A DNA stretch of 64,000 bases, from NCBI GenBank assembly GCA_044222185.1, contig JBGANV010000001.1, forward strand, positions 1,312,001 through 1,376,000. The letters are read 5' to 3'. Source of the DNA: Planctomycetota bacterium (GTDB lineage: Bacteria; Planctomycetota; GCA-002687715; CAIWVZ01). Position numbers and translations under genes: made by a program. How positions within the stretch are numbered: position 1 is the stretch's first letter; the number at the start of each line of letters is the position of its first letter. Of the stretch, positions 47,160 to 56,731 are shown one piece after another. The notes beneath the pieces are model-generated. The model saw nothing but the letters and a program-made list of their open reading frames with translations, searched no databases and was not told the DNA's origin.

Positions 47160-50100
47160 TCACCTCGGTCCTCGATTCGAGCGCGGACGTGACTCTGGGG
47201 CGTCCGCATCGCGAATGACGAGGCGGAATCCGCACTCGGGAATGGCGGTCGAGCGCGGAAGTTCGCACTCCTGGGCGAGCGTGCGCTCCTCGGAATGGCT
47301 CCACGACGTTCCGCGGAGCGTGCGCCGCTCGGCATCGACGTTCGTGTCCGACGACGCATCGCACCACTCGAGTACGCTCCCCATCATGTCGAACACGCCG
47401 TAGGGGGATTCGTCGATCGGGTAGCTCATGACGCGATCAGGTGCCATGGCGAGCGTCGCGCGTCCGCCCTTCTGCCAGAGTGCGTGGAACATCCACCCGT
47501 ACGGATGCGGTCGGCCGTCCGCGCCTCGCGCCGCCTTCTCCCATTCGACGTCGGTCGGAAGCGCGAAGTGGATCGGCCGCGACGTCGAGCTCGAACGGGC
47601 CGTCTTCCATCGGGCAAAGGCCGAGGCCTGATCGAACGTCACCGCACTCGCCGGCAGGTCCGCGAGCACGGGATCGATCGACCAGATCCCGTCGGAATTC
47701 CGTCGGAGGTGGTTCCACATCGTCGAGTCTCGAGTCCGAGTCGAGGGCACGTCTTCGCACGGCGTTCTCAGCCCTTCGTCCACTTCGGGGTCGTTGAGGA
47801 ACGAAACGAATTCGCCGATGGTCACCTCCCGCTCCATGATCGCGAAGCCGCCCACGTCGCGACGGGATTCGGCGAGACATCCCGACCCCCTCGCATGGCG
47901 ACGCCCGACGATGGACGTTCCCGCCGGCACGTATCGGAACCCCGGCGGCGTCGTGCCGGCCAGGCGCAACTCGCCGACGACCTCGACTTTCTCGAAGCGT
48001 CGCACGACGAACGGGAACCTCTGAACCTCCCGACCCGGCGCACTCACGACCGCGAGATACGACCCGGGCGCGACGGGGACGGATGCCACCGGCGTCGCGC
48101 CGACCCGGCAGCCGACGGAGACGAAGAGCGGCGTCGCAGTCGTCTGAAAAGTCACGCCTTCGGGCACGTGGATCGTCTTGGAACCGCCCTTGGTCCACGT
48201 CGTCGCGTCGAAGGCGCGGGCTCTCGCGATCTGCGCCGACTTGCCGAAGCGCGCCCCCAACTCCGGCAGCGACCGAGCCATCACATCGAACGTGGACCCG
48301 CTACGCGCGAACGTGAGGACGCGCTCGGGCTTCTCCGTGAGCGGGTTTCTCATGAGATTCCCCAGGTCGGTGACGAATTCGACCTGCCGCCCGTCGACGG
48401 ACGCGAGGACGTCGAACGTCCGCAGCGGCGGCTTCCCGTCGAAAACGACGAGCCGCCGTTCGATCGCGTGGCCATCGATCTCGAGGATCACTTGGAAGGG
48501 GTCCTCCCCGTCGATCGGCTGGCTCGGGCGCAGCGACCAGCTCCCCGGAGGAACGGGCGTTGGCCCACCGTTGACGGGCACGGGAACGACGCGACGTTCG
48601 CCGTCTCGGACCACGTCCGCCTGTTCCTCGTAGCGGAACAGGTGGATTTCGGCGCCGTCGGGTTCGACCGCGAAGGCGACCGAACCCATTCCGGCCATCT
48701 CGGCACGGTGCGCGCCCGCGACGTCGTGCTCCGCGACGAGCCTCTCGAACGTGCGCTGCGCGACGCCATCGTTCCGCGACGACGCTTCACGCCAACGCTC
48801 GAAGTAGACGTCCGCGAGCAGCGCCTGCGGCTCGGGCGAATCCGCCGCGAGAGCGCGCGCGTCGAGTGCCCTGGTGAGTGCGGTATGAAGGTCGGTTTCC
48901 TGCTCGAAGCGAAGGGCACGGACGCGCGCATCGCCTCGCGCGACGACGGCACCTTCGTCCGGCGCGAGGGTTCGTCCCGCCATCTCCTCCCGCAGGCGCA
49001 GGGATTCCTCGGATGCGGCGTCGGCCTCGACGCACAGTTCATGGGCGCGGTCGAGCAGGTGGCGCCCCTCGTCGACGAGCCTTCGGGCACGGTCACGGTT
49101 GCGGGTGACGACGACGCGACCGCGGGACGAGAGCCCCCGCGCGTCGCCCGGGCGCACCCCCAATGCGCGATCCCAGGCCGCAAGCGCGTCGTCGAACTCG
49201 CCGCGCGCCTCGGCTGCGTTCGCATCCGAGACGGCTCGCTCGAAATCCCTCTGATCGACGACCCACCGCGCAACCCACGTCGCGGACGCGACGACGAGGG
49301 CCAGGAGCGCGGCCGCCGTCACGGCGGCAGCCAGCGGCCGACGCCGCGTCCACCGCGTCAACCTCCGCGCCGGCCCCGGGCGGCGGGCGGCGACGTCGCG
49401 GAACTCCAGCAACGCGTCCAGGTCCCGCGCGAATGCGGCGGCGCTCGGATACCGGTGTTCCCGATTGCGTTCGATCGCTTTGAGGATGACCGTCTCGAGA
49501 TTTCGCGGCAGCGCTGGCACGAGGTGGCGCGGGGACTCGGGATGACCCGCGAGCACGCGCGCGAAGACTTCCTCGGTCGAGCGTCCTTCGAACGGCGGGC
49601 GAAGCGTGACGGCCTCGTACAGGGTGACGCCCAGCGAGTACACGTCCGTGCGGCAATCGACCGGCCCCGCGGACGTCCCGATCTGTTCCGGCGACGCGTA
49701 GCGCGGCGATCCGCGGAATGCGCCCTGCTCGGTGAGCGTGCTGTCGGGCCGATCGAGCGCCAGCCCGAAGTCGAGGAGCACCGCCTGCCCGTCCGGCGTG
49801 ACCCGGATGTTCGACGGTTTGACGTCGCGATGAACGATCCCGCCGTCGTGCGCCGCCTGGAGCGCGCGGGCGACGTCGCGACACCACGTCATGATGCGGA
49901 TGAGCGGCGGGCGCGTGGCCGTCCTCTGCGCCTCGGCGATGATCTCGTTCAGGCCTCGACCCTCGACGAACTCCATCGCAAGGTAGTGCACGCCCCGTTC
50001 GCGACCGCTCGAGATGACCTTGACGACGTTGGGGTGACGGAGCCGCGCGAGCGACTGTGCCTCGCGCGCGAGCCGGGCGTCGGCCTCGCTCGACAGCACG

Positions 50101-50438
50101 AGACCGGGGCGTAGGAGCTTCACGGCGACTTGCCGTCGGACGGAGGGTTGCTCGGCCAGGAAGACCATGCCGATGCTTCCCTCGCCGATCCGTCCGATCA
50201 GCCGGAACTCCCCGATCCGATCGAAGGGCAGATCGCGCGGCGAGACGGGCGCGCTCGCGTCCGATGCTCCTCGGGTTCGGCCAAGCGCATCTGCAACGAG
50301 CGACAGCCTGCGTCGTTCGTCGGCGGTGAGGTCCGCGCCGTCCACGCCTGGCGTCTGGGAATCCACCGCTTCGCCGCGCAGGAGCCGGTCGAGGATCTCG
50401 TCGTAGGGCGAGGGTTCGTCGTCTTCGTTCAGGCCCAT
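47160..50438 (-). CDS. Ser/Thr kinase - TM - TPR - FGE-sulfatase (C-lectin fold) protein
   Basis: HRDVKPSN, DFG, GSPRYASPEQ; TM helix; EVT..EF, LPTDVEWEKAARG, DMMGSVLEW, GFRLV. Confidence 0.92.
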   Translation of the reverse strand: MGLNEDDEPSPYDEILDRLLRGEAVDSQTPGVDGADLTADERRRLSLVADALGRTRGASDASAPVSPRDLPFDRIGEFRLIGRIGEGSIGMVFLAEQPSVRRQVAVKLLRPGLVLSSEADARLAREAQSLARLRHPNVVKVISSGRERGVHYLAMEFVEGRGLNEIIAEAQRTATRPPLIRIMTWCRDVARALQAAHDGGIVHRDVKPSNIRVTPDGQAVLLDFGLALDRPDSTLTEQGAFRGSPRYASPEQIGTSAGPVDCRTDVYSLGVTLYEAVTLRPPFEGRSTEEVFARVLAGHPESPRHLVPALPRNLETVILKAIERNREHRYPSAAAFARDLDALLEFRDVAARRPGPARRLTRWTRRRPLAAAVTAAALLALVVASATWVARWVVDQRDFERAVSDANAAEARGEFDDALAAWDRALGVRPGDARGLSSRGRVVVTRNRDRARRLVDEGRHLLDRAHELCVEADAASEESLRLREEMAGRTLAPDEGAVVARGDARVRALRFEQETDLHTALTRALDARALAADSPEPQALLADVYFERWREASSRNDGVAQRTFERLVAEHDVAGAHRAEMAGMGSVAFAVEPDGAEIHLFRYEEQADVVRDGERRVVPVPVNGGPTPVPPGSWSLRPSQPIDGEDPFQVILEIDGHAIERRLVVFDGKPPLRTFDVLASVDGRQVEFVTDLGNLMRNPLTEKPERVLTFARSGSTFDVMARSLPELGARFGKSAQIARARAFDATTWTKGGSKTIHVPEGVTFQTTATPLFVSVGCRVGATPVASVPVAPGSYLAVVSAPGREVQRFPFVVRRFEKVEVVGELRLAGTTPPGFRYVPAGTSIVGRRHARGSGCLAESRRDVGGFAIMEREVTIGEFVSFLNDPEVDEGLRTPCEDVPSTRTRDSTMWNHLRRNSDGIWSIDPVLADLPASAVTFDQASAFARWKTARSSSTSRPIHFALPTDVEWEKAARGADGRPHPYGWMFHALWQKGGRATLAMAPDRVMSYPIDESPYGVFDMMGSVLEWCDASSDTNVDAERRTLRGTSWSHSEERTLAQECELPRSTAIPECGFRLVIRDADAPESRPRSNRGPR

Positions 50439-50704
50439 TCGGACGCCGATCCTATGCGATGAATCCGATTGCGACGCCTGGCTTCAGGCGGGCGGCTGAG
50501 CGAGAGGCGGGGTCGAGATTTTTTCCGTCGAATGTGACCCGATCCGGAGCCGCGCATTTCCACCTCCGAGACGCCCATGCGAGGCCCACCAGACGGGAGG
50601 GCGATCGAGCGGTGCCTCTGCGAGCCTCGCCGGGCCCGCCGATTCCCCTCCTCGGATCGGCGCGGGCCCGTCGCCACGTCGTTTCGAATCACCCGGAGCC
50701 GACC

Positions 50705-53700
50705 ATGTCGAGCCTCAGACTCTTCGCCAGTACGTGTGTCCTCCTGTTTGCGCTGCCCCACGCCCTGTTCGCCCAGGAGGAGACCATTCCGCCCGGTTGG
50801 GTGCTCATCGACGACATGATCCTCCCCGAGTACGTCCTTCAGACGGATTCGTCGTTCACGGCGACGCCCTGGCCTCTCGGCGTCGTCGCCTACACGTTCA
50901 ACGCCAACGTGTCCGCCCAGAACCAGGCCCAGGCACGGAAGGCCATGGCCGAGATCTCCGCGGTCTGCGGCGTGGTCTTCGTCCCCCGGACCAACCATCC
51001 GGACTGGATCACGTTCAACGCGTCGACGGTCAACAACTCGCCCGTCGGGATGATGGGCGGAGGGCAGACCATCAACATCACGAGCTGGGGGACGAAGTAC
51101 ATCATCGTGCACGAGATCATGCACTCGCTCGGATTCATCCACGAGCAGAGTCGTCCCGACCGCAACACGTTCGTCACGATCAACTACGGGAACGTCAGCA
51201 CCTCGGCTTGCACGGGCTCGAATTGCACCGGCAACGGGTCGGCGAGCTGCGTCTGCAACTTCAACGTCGTGAACGGCGCCACGCCCGCGACTTCGTACGA
51301 CTTCCTGTCGATCATGCACTACGGCCGCACGGCGTTCTCCACGAACGGCCTGGACACGATCTCCTGCAACGCGGCCTACGCCGGGTTCCAGACCCAGATC
51401 GGCAACAACACGTTCATGTCCCTCGGCGACGCGCAGGGTCTCCAGCAGCGATATGGCGGCTCGCTTTTCGGACCGAACCTCACCTCGATCTCCCCCACGA
51501 CGGTCACGACGGCGCAAGGCACGTTCACGCTCCACGTGTATGGGGCCAACTTCTTCGAGGGGTCGCCGAACGCGAGCGGAGTCCAAGGTTCGAAGATCGT
51601 GTGGAACGGAACCCAGATCCCGACGACCTACGTCGACGCCGGTCACCTCACGGCGCAGATCACTCCGGAGTTGATCTCCCACCCCCAAACCGCGCAAATC
51701 ACGGTCACCAACCCGCCACCGGCGTGGGGGCCGCTCTTCGCGACCCTTCCCCTGTCCATCATCTGCCAGTCCGGCGGGGTCGCTCTCGCCAATGGAGTCC
51801 CCACGACCATCACGAATGGTTGCCAGGGATACTCCATCACTCCGGTGTACGACGCGTTCAACGTCGTGGCCGTCTCGTCGGCGAGCGACTGGGACATCCA
51901 GATGGGGACGGCGTTCGCGACTGCCGGCGGGAACACCTGCGACTTCGTGGCGGGCGGCGGGTGGTTCGGCCCGGGAACGATCCAACCCACGTTCGGCAAC
52001 GTGACGCTCTACTCCGGCAGCGCCGCCGCGACACTCCAGCACGTCACGTCGACCGAGGTGTTGAACGGTCAGCCGACGATCGCGTCGCTGCCGGCAGGTT
52101 CGATCGTCCGTGCGTTCCACTTCAGCGCAGCCGCGGTCTCGACCCGGGCGATCCAGATCGCGGGGCCGACCGATCTGCGCTGGAAGCTGCTCTACGCGGG
52201 CAGCCCCGGGTTCAGCTGGCGCTCGTCCACGACGAACGTCACGGCGTCCGGCCAGGTCGGCGCCGGGCCCGTCACGGGGATCGGGATCGTTCCGGCACCG
52301 TATTGCCTCGTCGTCTATCGGGATGGCGTTCCGTCGCCGACACCCGCCGACTTCACGATCACGATGTGTTTCGATTTCACGCCCACGCAGCTGGTCGCGT
52401 CGAACTTCATCACCACGATCAACCAGGGGCCGTACTCGTGCGTCCCGTTCACCATCACCCCGCTGACCGGGAGATGGAACGTCGTGGGCGTTTCCTCGCC
52501 GTCGGATTGGGACCTCCAGATCGGCCCCGCGGTGTCGCAGAACGGCGGGAGCGCGTGCGACTACGTCCTCTCGAATGGCCACCTCGGAACCGTGTGGCCC
52601 GTATCCGGGGTCTGTTCACCCTTTGCCTATCCCGGGTCCTCGGGCTCCCTCCAGTTCGCGCCCACGGCAACCATGCCCTCGGCGAACTCCTTCTGGAACT
52701 CCTATGCGTACATGATGGTCGCCTTCGAGTTCGAGGTCGTGGCTCCGGGGACCTACGACATCAACGTCGGCGCGCCGGGGTATTCGTGGAACCTGCATGG
52801 CCCGGGCACGAGCTCCGCCTGGAGCCGGAGGAACGACCGCTTGGTCGGCGGGGCCGGGAGCGGCGTACCGGTCTCCGTCGCCGGGCTCGTCCCCGGTTGG
52901 TACTGCGTCGTCGTCTTCCACGACGGCGGTCCCACGGGGTTGACGAACCCGTCGATCAGCGTGGGATACTCCGCCATCCAAACACCCGTCCTGTCGTCGA
53001 TCGCACCCTCGACGGCCACGGCCGGAGGTCCCGGATTCACGATCACGGCCACGGGTAACGGATTCGTCGCGACGAGCGTCATTCGGTGGAACGGGAACGC
53101 GGTTCCCACGACGTTCGTGAGCGCGACGACCCTGCGGGCGGTCGTCGCACCGTCGCTCCTGACGTCGCCCACGACCGGCACTGTGACCGCCTTCACTCCA
53201 GGGGGCGGCGCTTCCGCATCGCTGCCGTGCAGCGTGCTTCCCGCGGCTCCGATACTGGCGTCGTTGTCGCCGCTTTCGACACCCATTCAATCACCGACGT
53301 TCCCGCTCTCCGTGTTCGGGTCCGGCTTCAACGCAACGTCGATCGTGCTGTGGAACGGCGCGGCGCTGCCGACGGCGTTCGTTTCTGCGACCGAGCTTTC
53401 GGCGACGGTCGACGCCACTCTCACGGCAGCGGTCGGCTCCGCGCTCGTGAGCGTCGACAACCCCGGCGGAGGCATGTCGGGCGGCCAGTCGTTCGCGATC
53501 ACCTACGGCAATCCCGCCTATCCCCCCGCCGTCGCAGCCGGTCTCGAACCGGTCGGATCGTGGTCCGCGACGAGCATGGGGCTGCCGACGCCGCTCGGCG
53601 GCATCAGTTTCACTCCCAACGGAGCGACGCTCCTGGTGGGAGCACGGGCGAACCATGCCGCCGCCGCGCTCTACGCCATTCCGGTCGATCGGGACCCCGT

Positions 53701-54685
53701 GAGCCATCGCGTGACCGGTCTCGGTGCGCCGGCGGTGTTGGCGCCCGCGCCCAACGTCGACGGCGGAGTCGTCGCACTCGGCGCCACCTGGCTCTACACG
53801 CGATACCCGCTGAACGAGATCGGAGAGTTCAACGGCACGACGACCATCTCACAGCCACTGCCCCCGGGAGTCCTGAGCCCGGGCGGCATCGCGATCGTTC
53901 CACCGGGCCTCCCCAATGCGGGGACCGTTCTCGTCAGCAGTTTCAACGTCGGCTCGATCTACTCGATCGCGACGTCCCCCGCGGCGAACGGCTTCGTGAG
54001 CCTCGGCAGCGAGACGCTCTTCGCGACGCTTCCGCCGGGGACGGAAGGCATCGCGTTCATCCCGTACGGCCCCTTCGCCGGTGACCTCCTCGTCGCGGAC
54101 TACAACGTCGGAATGGTCCGCGTCATGGACATCAGCCCATCGACCGGCCTTCCCGTCGGCGGTGCGGCGAACCCGTCCTTGACGACGATCATCCCCTCCT
54201 GGATCGCAGCGGAGGGCGTCGCGGTCGACCCCGTGACCGGTGAGCTTTGGATCACACAGTTCGGGGATCGGCTCGTCCAGATCGCAGGGCTGGAGTCCAT
54301 GGCCACGCTCGTCGCGCTCGAATCGAATCCGCACGTGAACGCAGGCGCGTCGATCACGTTCCGCCTGCGTGCCGGAACCGCGCGGCACGATCGGCCCTAC
54401 ATCCTCGCGGGAAGTCTCTCGGGTAGTTCGCCGGGAACCCCCGTCGGAAGCGTCGTGCTCCCGCTGAACGTCGATGCTCTGACGCTGGCCGTGCTCGACA
54501 ACCTCAACACACCGCTCTTCAGCAACTTCGCGTCGACCCTCGACGCGAATGGAGCTGCGGGCGCCACGCTCGCCATTCCCCCGGGGCTCGGCCTCGCGAC
54601 GCCACTCGCCTCGGATCTCGCCTACGTGCTTCTCACGCCGGTGGATTTCGCATCGAGCGCGTGCCACGTCACGCTCGTTCCGTAG
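50705..54685 (+). CDS. Secreted astacin-like (M12A) zinc metalloprotease with IPT/TIG domains, propeller and C-terminal domain
   Basis: HEIMHSLGFIHEQSRPDR and SIMHY Met-turn; three P.L.S.SP...G.F..S.I.WNG IPT units; signal peptide. Confidence 0.92.
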   Translation: MSSLRLFASTCVLLFALPHALFAQEETIPPGWVLIDDMILPEYVLQTDSSFTATPWPLGVVAYTFNANVSAQNQAQARKAMAEISAVCGVVFVPRTNHPDWITFNASTVNNSPVGMMGGGQTINITSWGTKYIIVHEIMHSLGFIHEQSRPDRNTFVTINYGNVSTSACTGSNCTGNGSASCVCNFNVVNGATPATSYDFLSIMHYGRTAFSTNGLDTISCNAAYAGFQTQIGNNTFMSLGDAQGLQQRYGGSLFGPNLTSISPTTVTTAQGTFTLHVYGANFFEGSPNASGVQGSKIVWNGTQIPTTYVDAGHLTAQITPELISHPQTAQITVTNPPPAWGPLFATLPLSIICQSGGVALANGVPTTITNGCQGYSITPVYDAFNVVAVSSASDWDIQMGTAFATAGGNTCDFVAGGGWFGPGTIQPTFGNVTLYSGSAAATLQHVTSTEVLNGQPTIASLPAGSIVRAFHFSAAAVSTRAIQIAGPTDLRWKLLYAGSPGFSWRSSTTNVTASGQVGAGPVTGIGIVPAPYCLVVYRDGVPSPTPADFTITMCFDFTPTQLVASNFITTINQGPYSCVPFTITPLTGRWNVVGVSSPSDWDLQIGPAVSQNGGSACDYVLSNGHLGTVWPVSGVCSPFAYPGSSGSLQFAPTATMPSANSFWNSYAYMMVAFEFEVVAPGTYDINVGAPGYSWNLHGPGTSSAWSRRNDRLVGGAGSGVPVSVAGLVPGWYCVVVFHDGGPTGLTNPSISVGYSAIQTPVLSSIAPSTATAGGPGFTITATGNGFVATSVIRWNGNAVPTTFVSATTLRAVVAPSLLTSPTTGTVTAFTPGGGASASLPCSVLPAAPILASLSPLSTPIQSPTFPLSVFGSGFNATSIVLWNGAALPTAFVSATELSATVDATLTAAVGSALVSVDNPGGGMSGGQSFAITYGNPAYPPAVAAGLEPVGSWSATSMGLPTPLGGISFTPNGATLLVGARANHAAAALYAIPVDRDPVSHRVTGLGAPAVLAPAPNVDGGVVALGATWLYTRYPLNEIGEFNGTTTISQPLPPGVLSPGGIAIVPPGLPNAGTVLVSSFNVGSIYSIATSPAANGFVSLGSETLFATLPPGTEGIAFIPYGPFAGDLLVADYNVGMVRVMDISPSTGLPVGGAANPSLTTIIPSWIAAEGVAVDPVTGELWITQFGDRLVQIAGLESMATLVALESNPHVNAGASITFRLRAGTARHDRPYILAGSLSGSSPGTPVGSVVLPLNVDALTLAVLDNLNTPLFSNFASTLDANGAAGATLAIPPGLGLATPLASDLAYVLLTPVDFASSACHVTLVP

Positions 54686-55666
54686 CGGCTTGGGGCGTCG
54701 CCATGGTGGCGGGCCCGAAGCCGGGTCGTCCGCAGGGCGGTCTCCGCGGGAGGCCGCACGGGTGCTTAGCGGGCCGATCCTGGAGCTCTCGGTCAGGAAG
54801 ACGGGACCCGTGGTCGCCGTGATCTCGAGCATGCCCCCCTCCGTGACGTGCCTGGGCGAGCTGGGTTCGCACAGGCTCCCTGCGATCCCCAGCGGCGGCT
54901 TCGGCATCGGGCCGGCACGGAACCACACCGTGGCCTTCGGCCCTTTGCACCTGGACGCGGCGAGCAGCCCCTTCTCCAACGGCGCATGGCGCGGAGGCCG
55001 CCTGACGATCCACGAAGTCGACGTCACGAATCCATTGGCCCCCGTGCATGGTCAGAAACCACTCGGAACGCTCGGCGGAACCCTGCGAGACTTCTCCAGC
55101 TCGACCGTCACCCCCGAGTCGTACGTCGCGGCGGGCTCCGTGCACGACATCCAGGTCCACGACCCCGACAGGCTGAGACCCGTCACCATGATGAACACGA
55201 GCCCCACTCGAGGGGCCGTGACGCTCGGCAGCAACGGCAACGGAGTCGTCATGAGCGCATCGACTCCCGGAAGCGCCAACGTGCGCCGCGTCAGCGCGTC
55301 GGCCCACTCCCCGTTGACGACGATCCCCTGCGACTGCTGGATCGACCACACCGACGCCGTGGAACGCGGGATCCGTGTCGATTGGCGCGCCAAGACGGCG
55401 TTTCCGATCACCGGGCAGTCGAACTCCTCGCGGTCCCGACTCGAGCCCATGACCGCCGCACTTCCACCCTTCCACCACCATTGGTCCGATCACGCACGGG
55501 CGACGACCCTGTCCGCAACCGTCGTCGTCATGAAGGGCGATGGCTCAAACCCTGCTGCCCACGCCCTCATGATCGTCGGCGTGGTTCCGGCGCCGATGAA
55601 CCCGTTGCGAGCTGATGCGAAACCACACGCTGCAGCTTCCGTCGACGAACGCGCACTCGACCTCTC

Positions 55667-56485
55667 TCAGGGAGCCTCCACGACGATCCTCAGGCCGAAC
55701 TTGTCGTCGGCCCGGTCAGGGTCCTCCCGGGCGATGTGGTTCGAGCGCACGGCCTCCTCCCCCATGCACCAGGGCCCGCCGCGGAGGTGGTACGAAATCG
55801 CCACTCGTTCCCGCCGAGCGGCGTCGCCGTCCGTCGGCGTGGACGTCCACTCCCAGATGTTCCCTGCCATGTCGAACAGCCCATCGGGAGTGCAGCCCCG
55901 CGGAAACGACCCGACCGGCGCCGCAGCCGGGAATCCGTCCGCGTCACCGCCGATGTTGGCGCACTCCGGGTCCCACGCATCGCCCCACGGATAGGTGCGC
56001 GCAAGCCCGGGGCCCATGGCAGCCAGGGACCATTCGGCATCCGTTGGAAGCCGTACCGTGCGGCCGGTGACGCGGCTCAGCCATCCGCAAAACGCAGCTG
56101 CGTGATGGACGTTCAGGTAGCACACCGGATCGTTCGCAGCGCCCACGGCAGGACGTTCGTCCTTCCAATCCGCGAGGAACGGCTCGGTGGACTTGGAGCT
56201 CGGGTGGTCCGCTCCGTCGTAATGGGTTGCGCGAATGAACGGTTCGAACTGGGCATGAGTGATCTCGAACCGCCCGATCAGGAATGCACGGGGCACGCCA
56301 TCACGCGCACTCCCGGCGATCCGACCGAGTTCCACAGGCAAGCCGCCCGGGACGTCCAGGCGCTCGCCGCTCGCGGCAATCTCAGTCGGCGTGGCGCCGG
56401 CCTCGGGCCGGTCGGAGGACTGCGCGCAGCCGAAAGCCAGGGCGAGTGACACGAGCACGGCATGCGAAGTCCAGCGGCACATCAT
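55667..56485 (-). CDS. FGE-sulfatase (SUMF1/EgtB/PvdO) domain lipoprotein
   Basis: Lipobox AFGC; FEITHAQF, RLPTDAEW, YPWG, GLFDMAGNIWEW, GLRIV. Confidence 0.9.
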   Translation of the reverse strand: MMCRWTSHAVLVSLALAFGCAQSSDRPEAGATPTEIAASGERLDVPGGLPVELGRIAGSARDGVPRAFLIGRFEITHAQFEPFIRATHYDGADHPSSKSTEPFLADWKDERPAVGAANDPVCYLNVHHAAAFCGWLSRVTGRTVRLPTDAEWSLAAMGPGLARTYPWGDAWDPECANIGGDADGFPAAAPVGSFPRGCTPDGLFDMAGNIWEWTSTPTDGDAARRERVAISYHLRGGPWCMGEEAVRSNHIAREDPDRADDKFGLRIVVEAP

Positions 56486-56731
56486 CGAGTTTCTCCCGCG
56501 TTGCCTCCAGGCTGTCGAAGAGACGCGCGAGGCATGAGGAGTGTTATCCGCTGCGCGACACCGATCCTCACGTCCCGCTGCGGTGGTCGGGCACGCGCGG
56601 GAATCTGGTTCGCAGGCTCGTCGTGCTCAGCCGCCTGCGCTGGACGACCCATCATCCAACGCGCCGCCTGAGCTACGTTTGTCGCGGTCTCGGGGTCCCC
56701 AGGTGTCCGACTTGCACGCAGGGGGTGGACC

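Noticed and set aside
47160-56485. Diversity-generating retroelement targeting the two FGE/C-lectin-fold proteins
   Set aside because: No reverse transcriptase and no adenine-rich template repeat matching either C-terminus seen in the window
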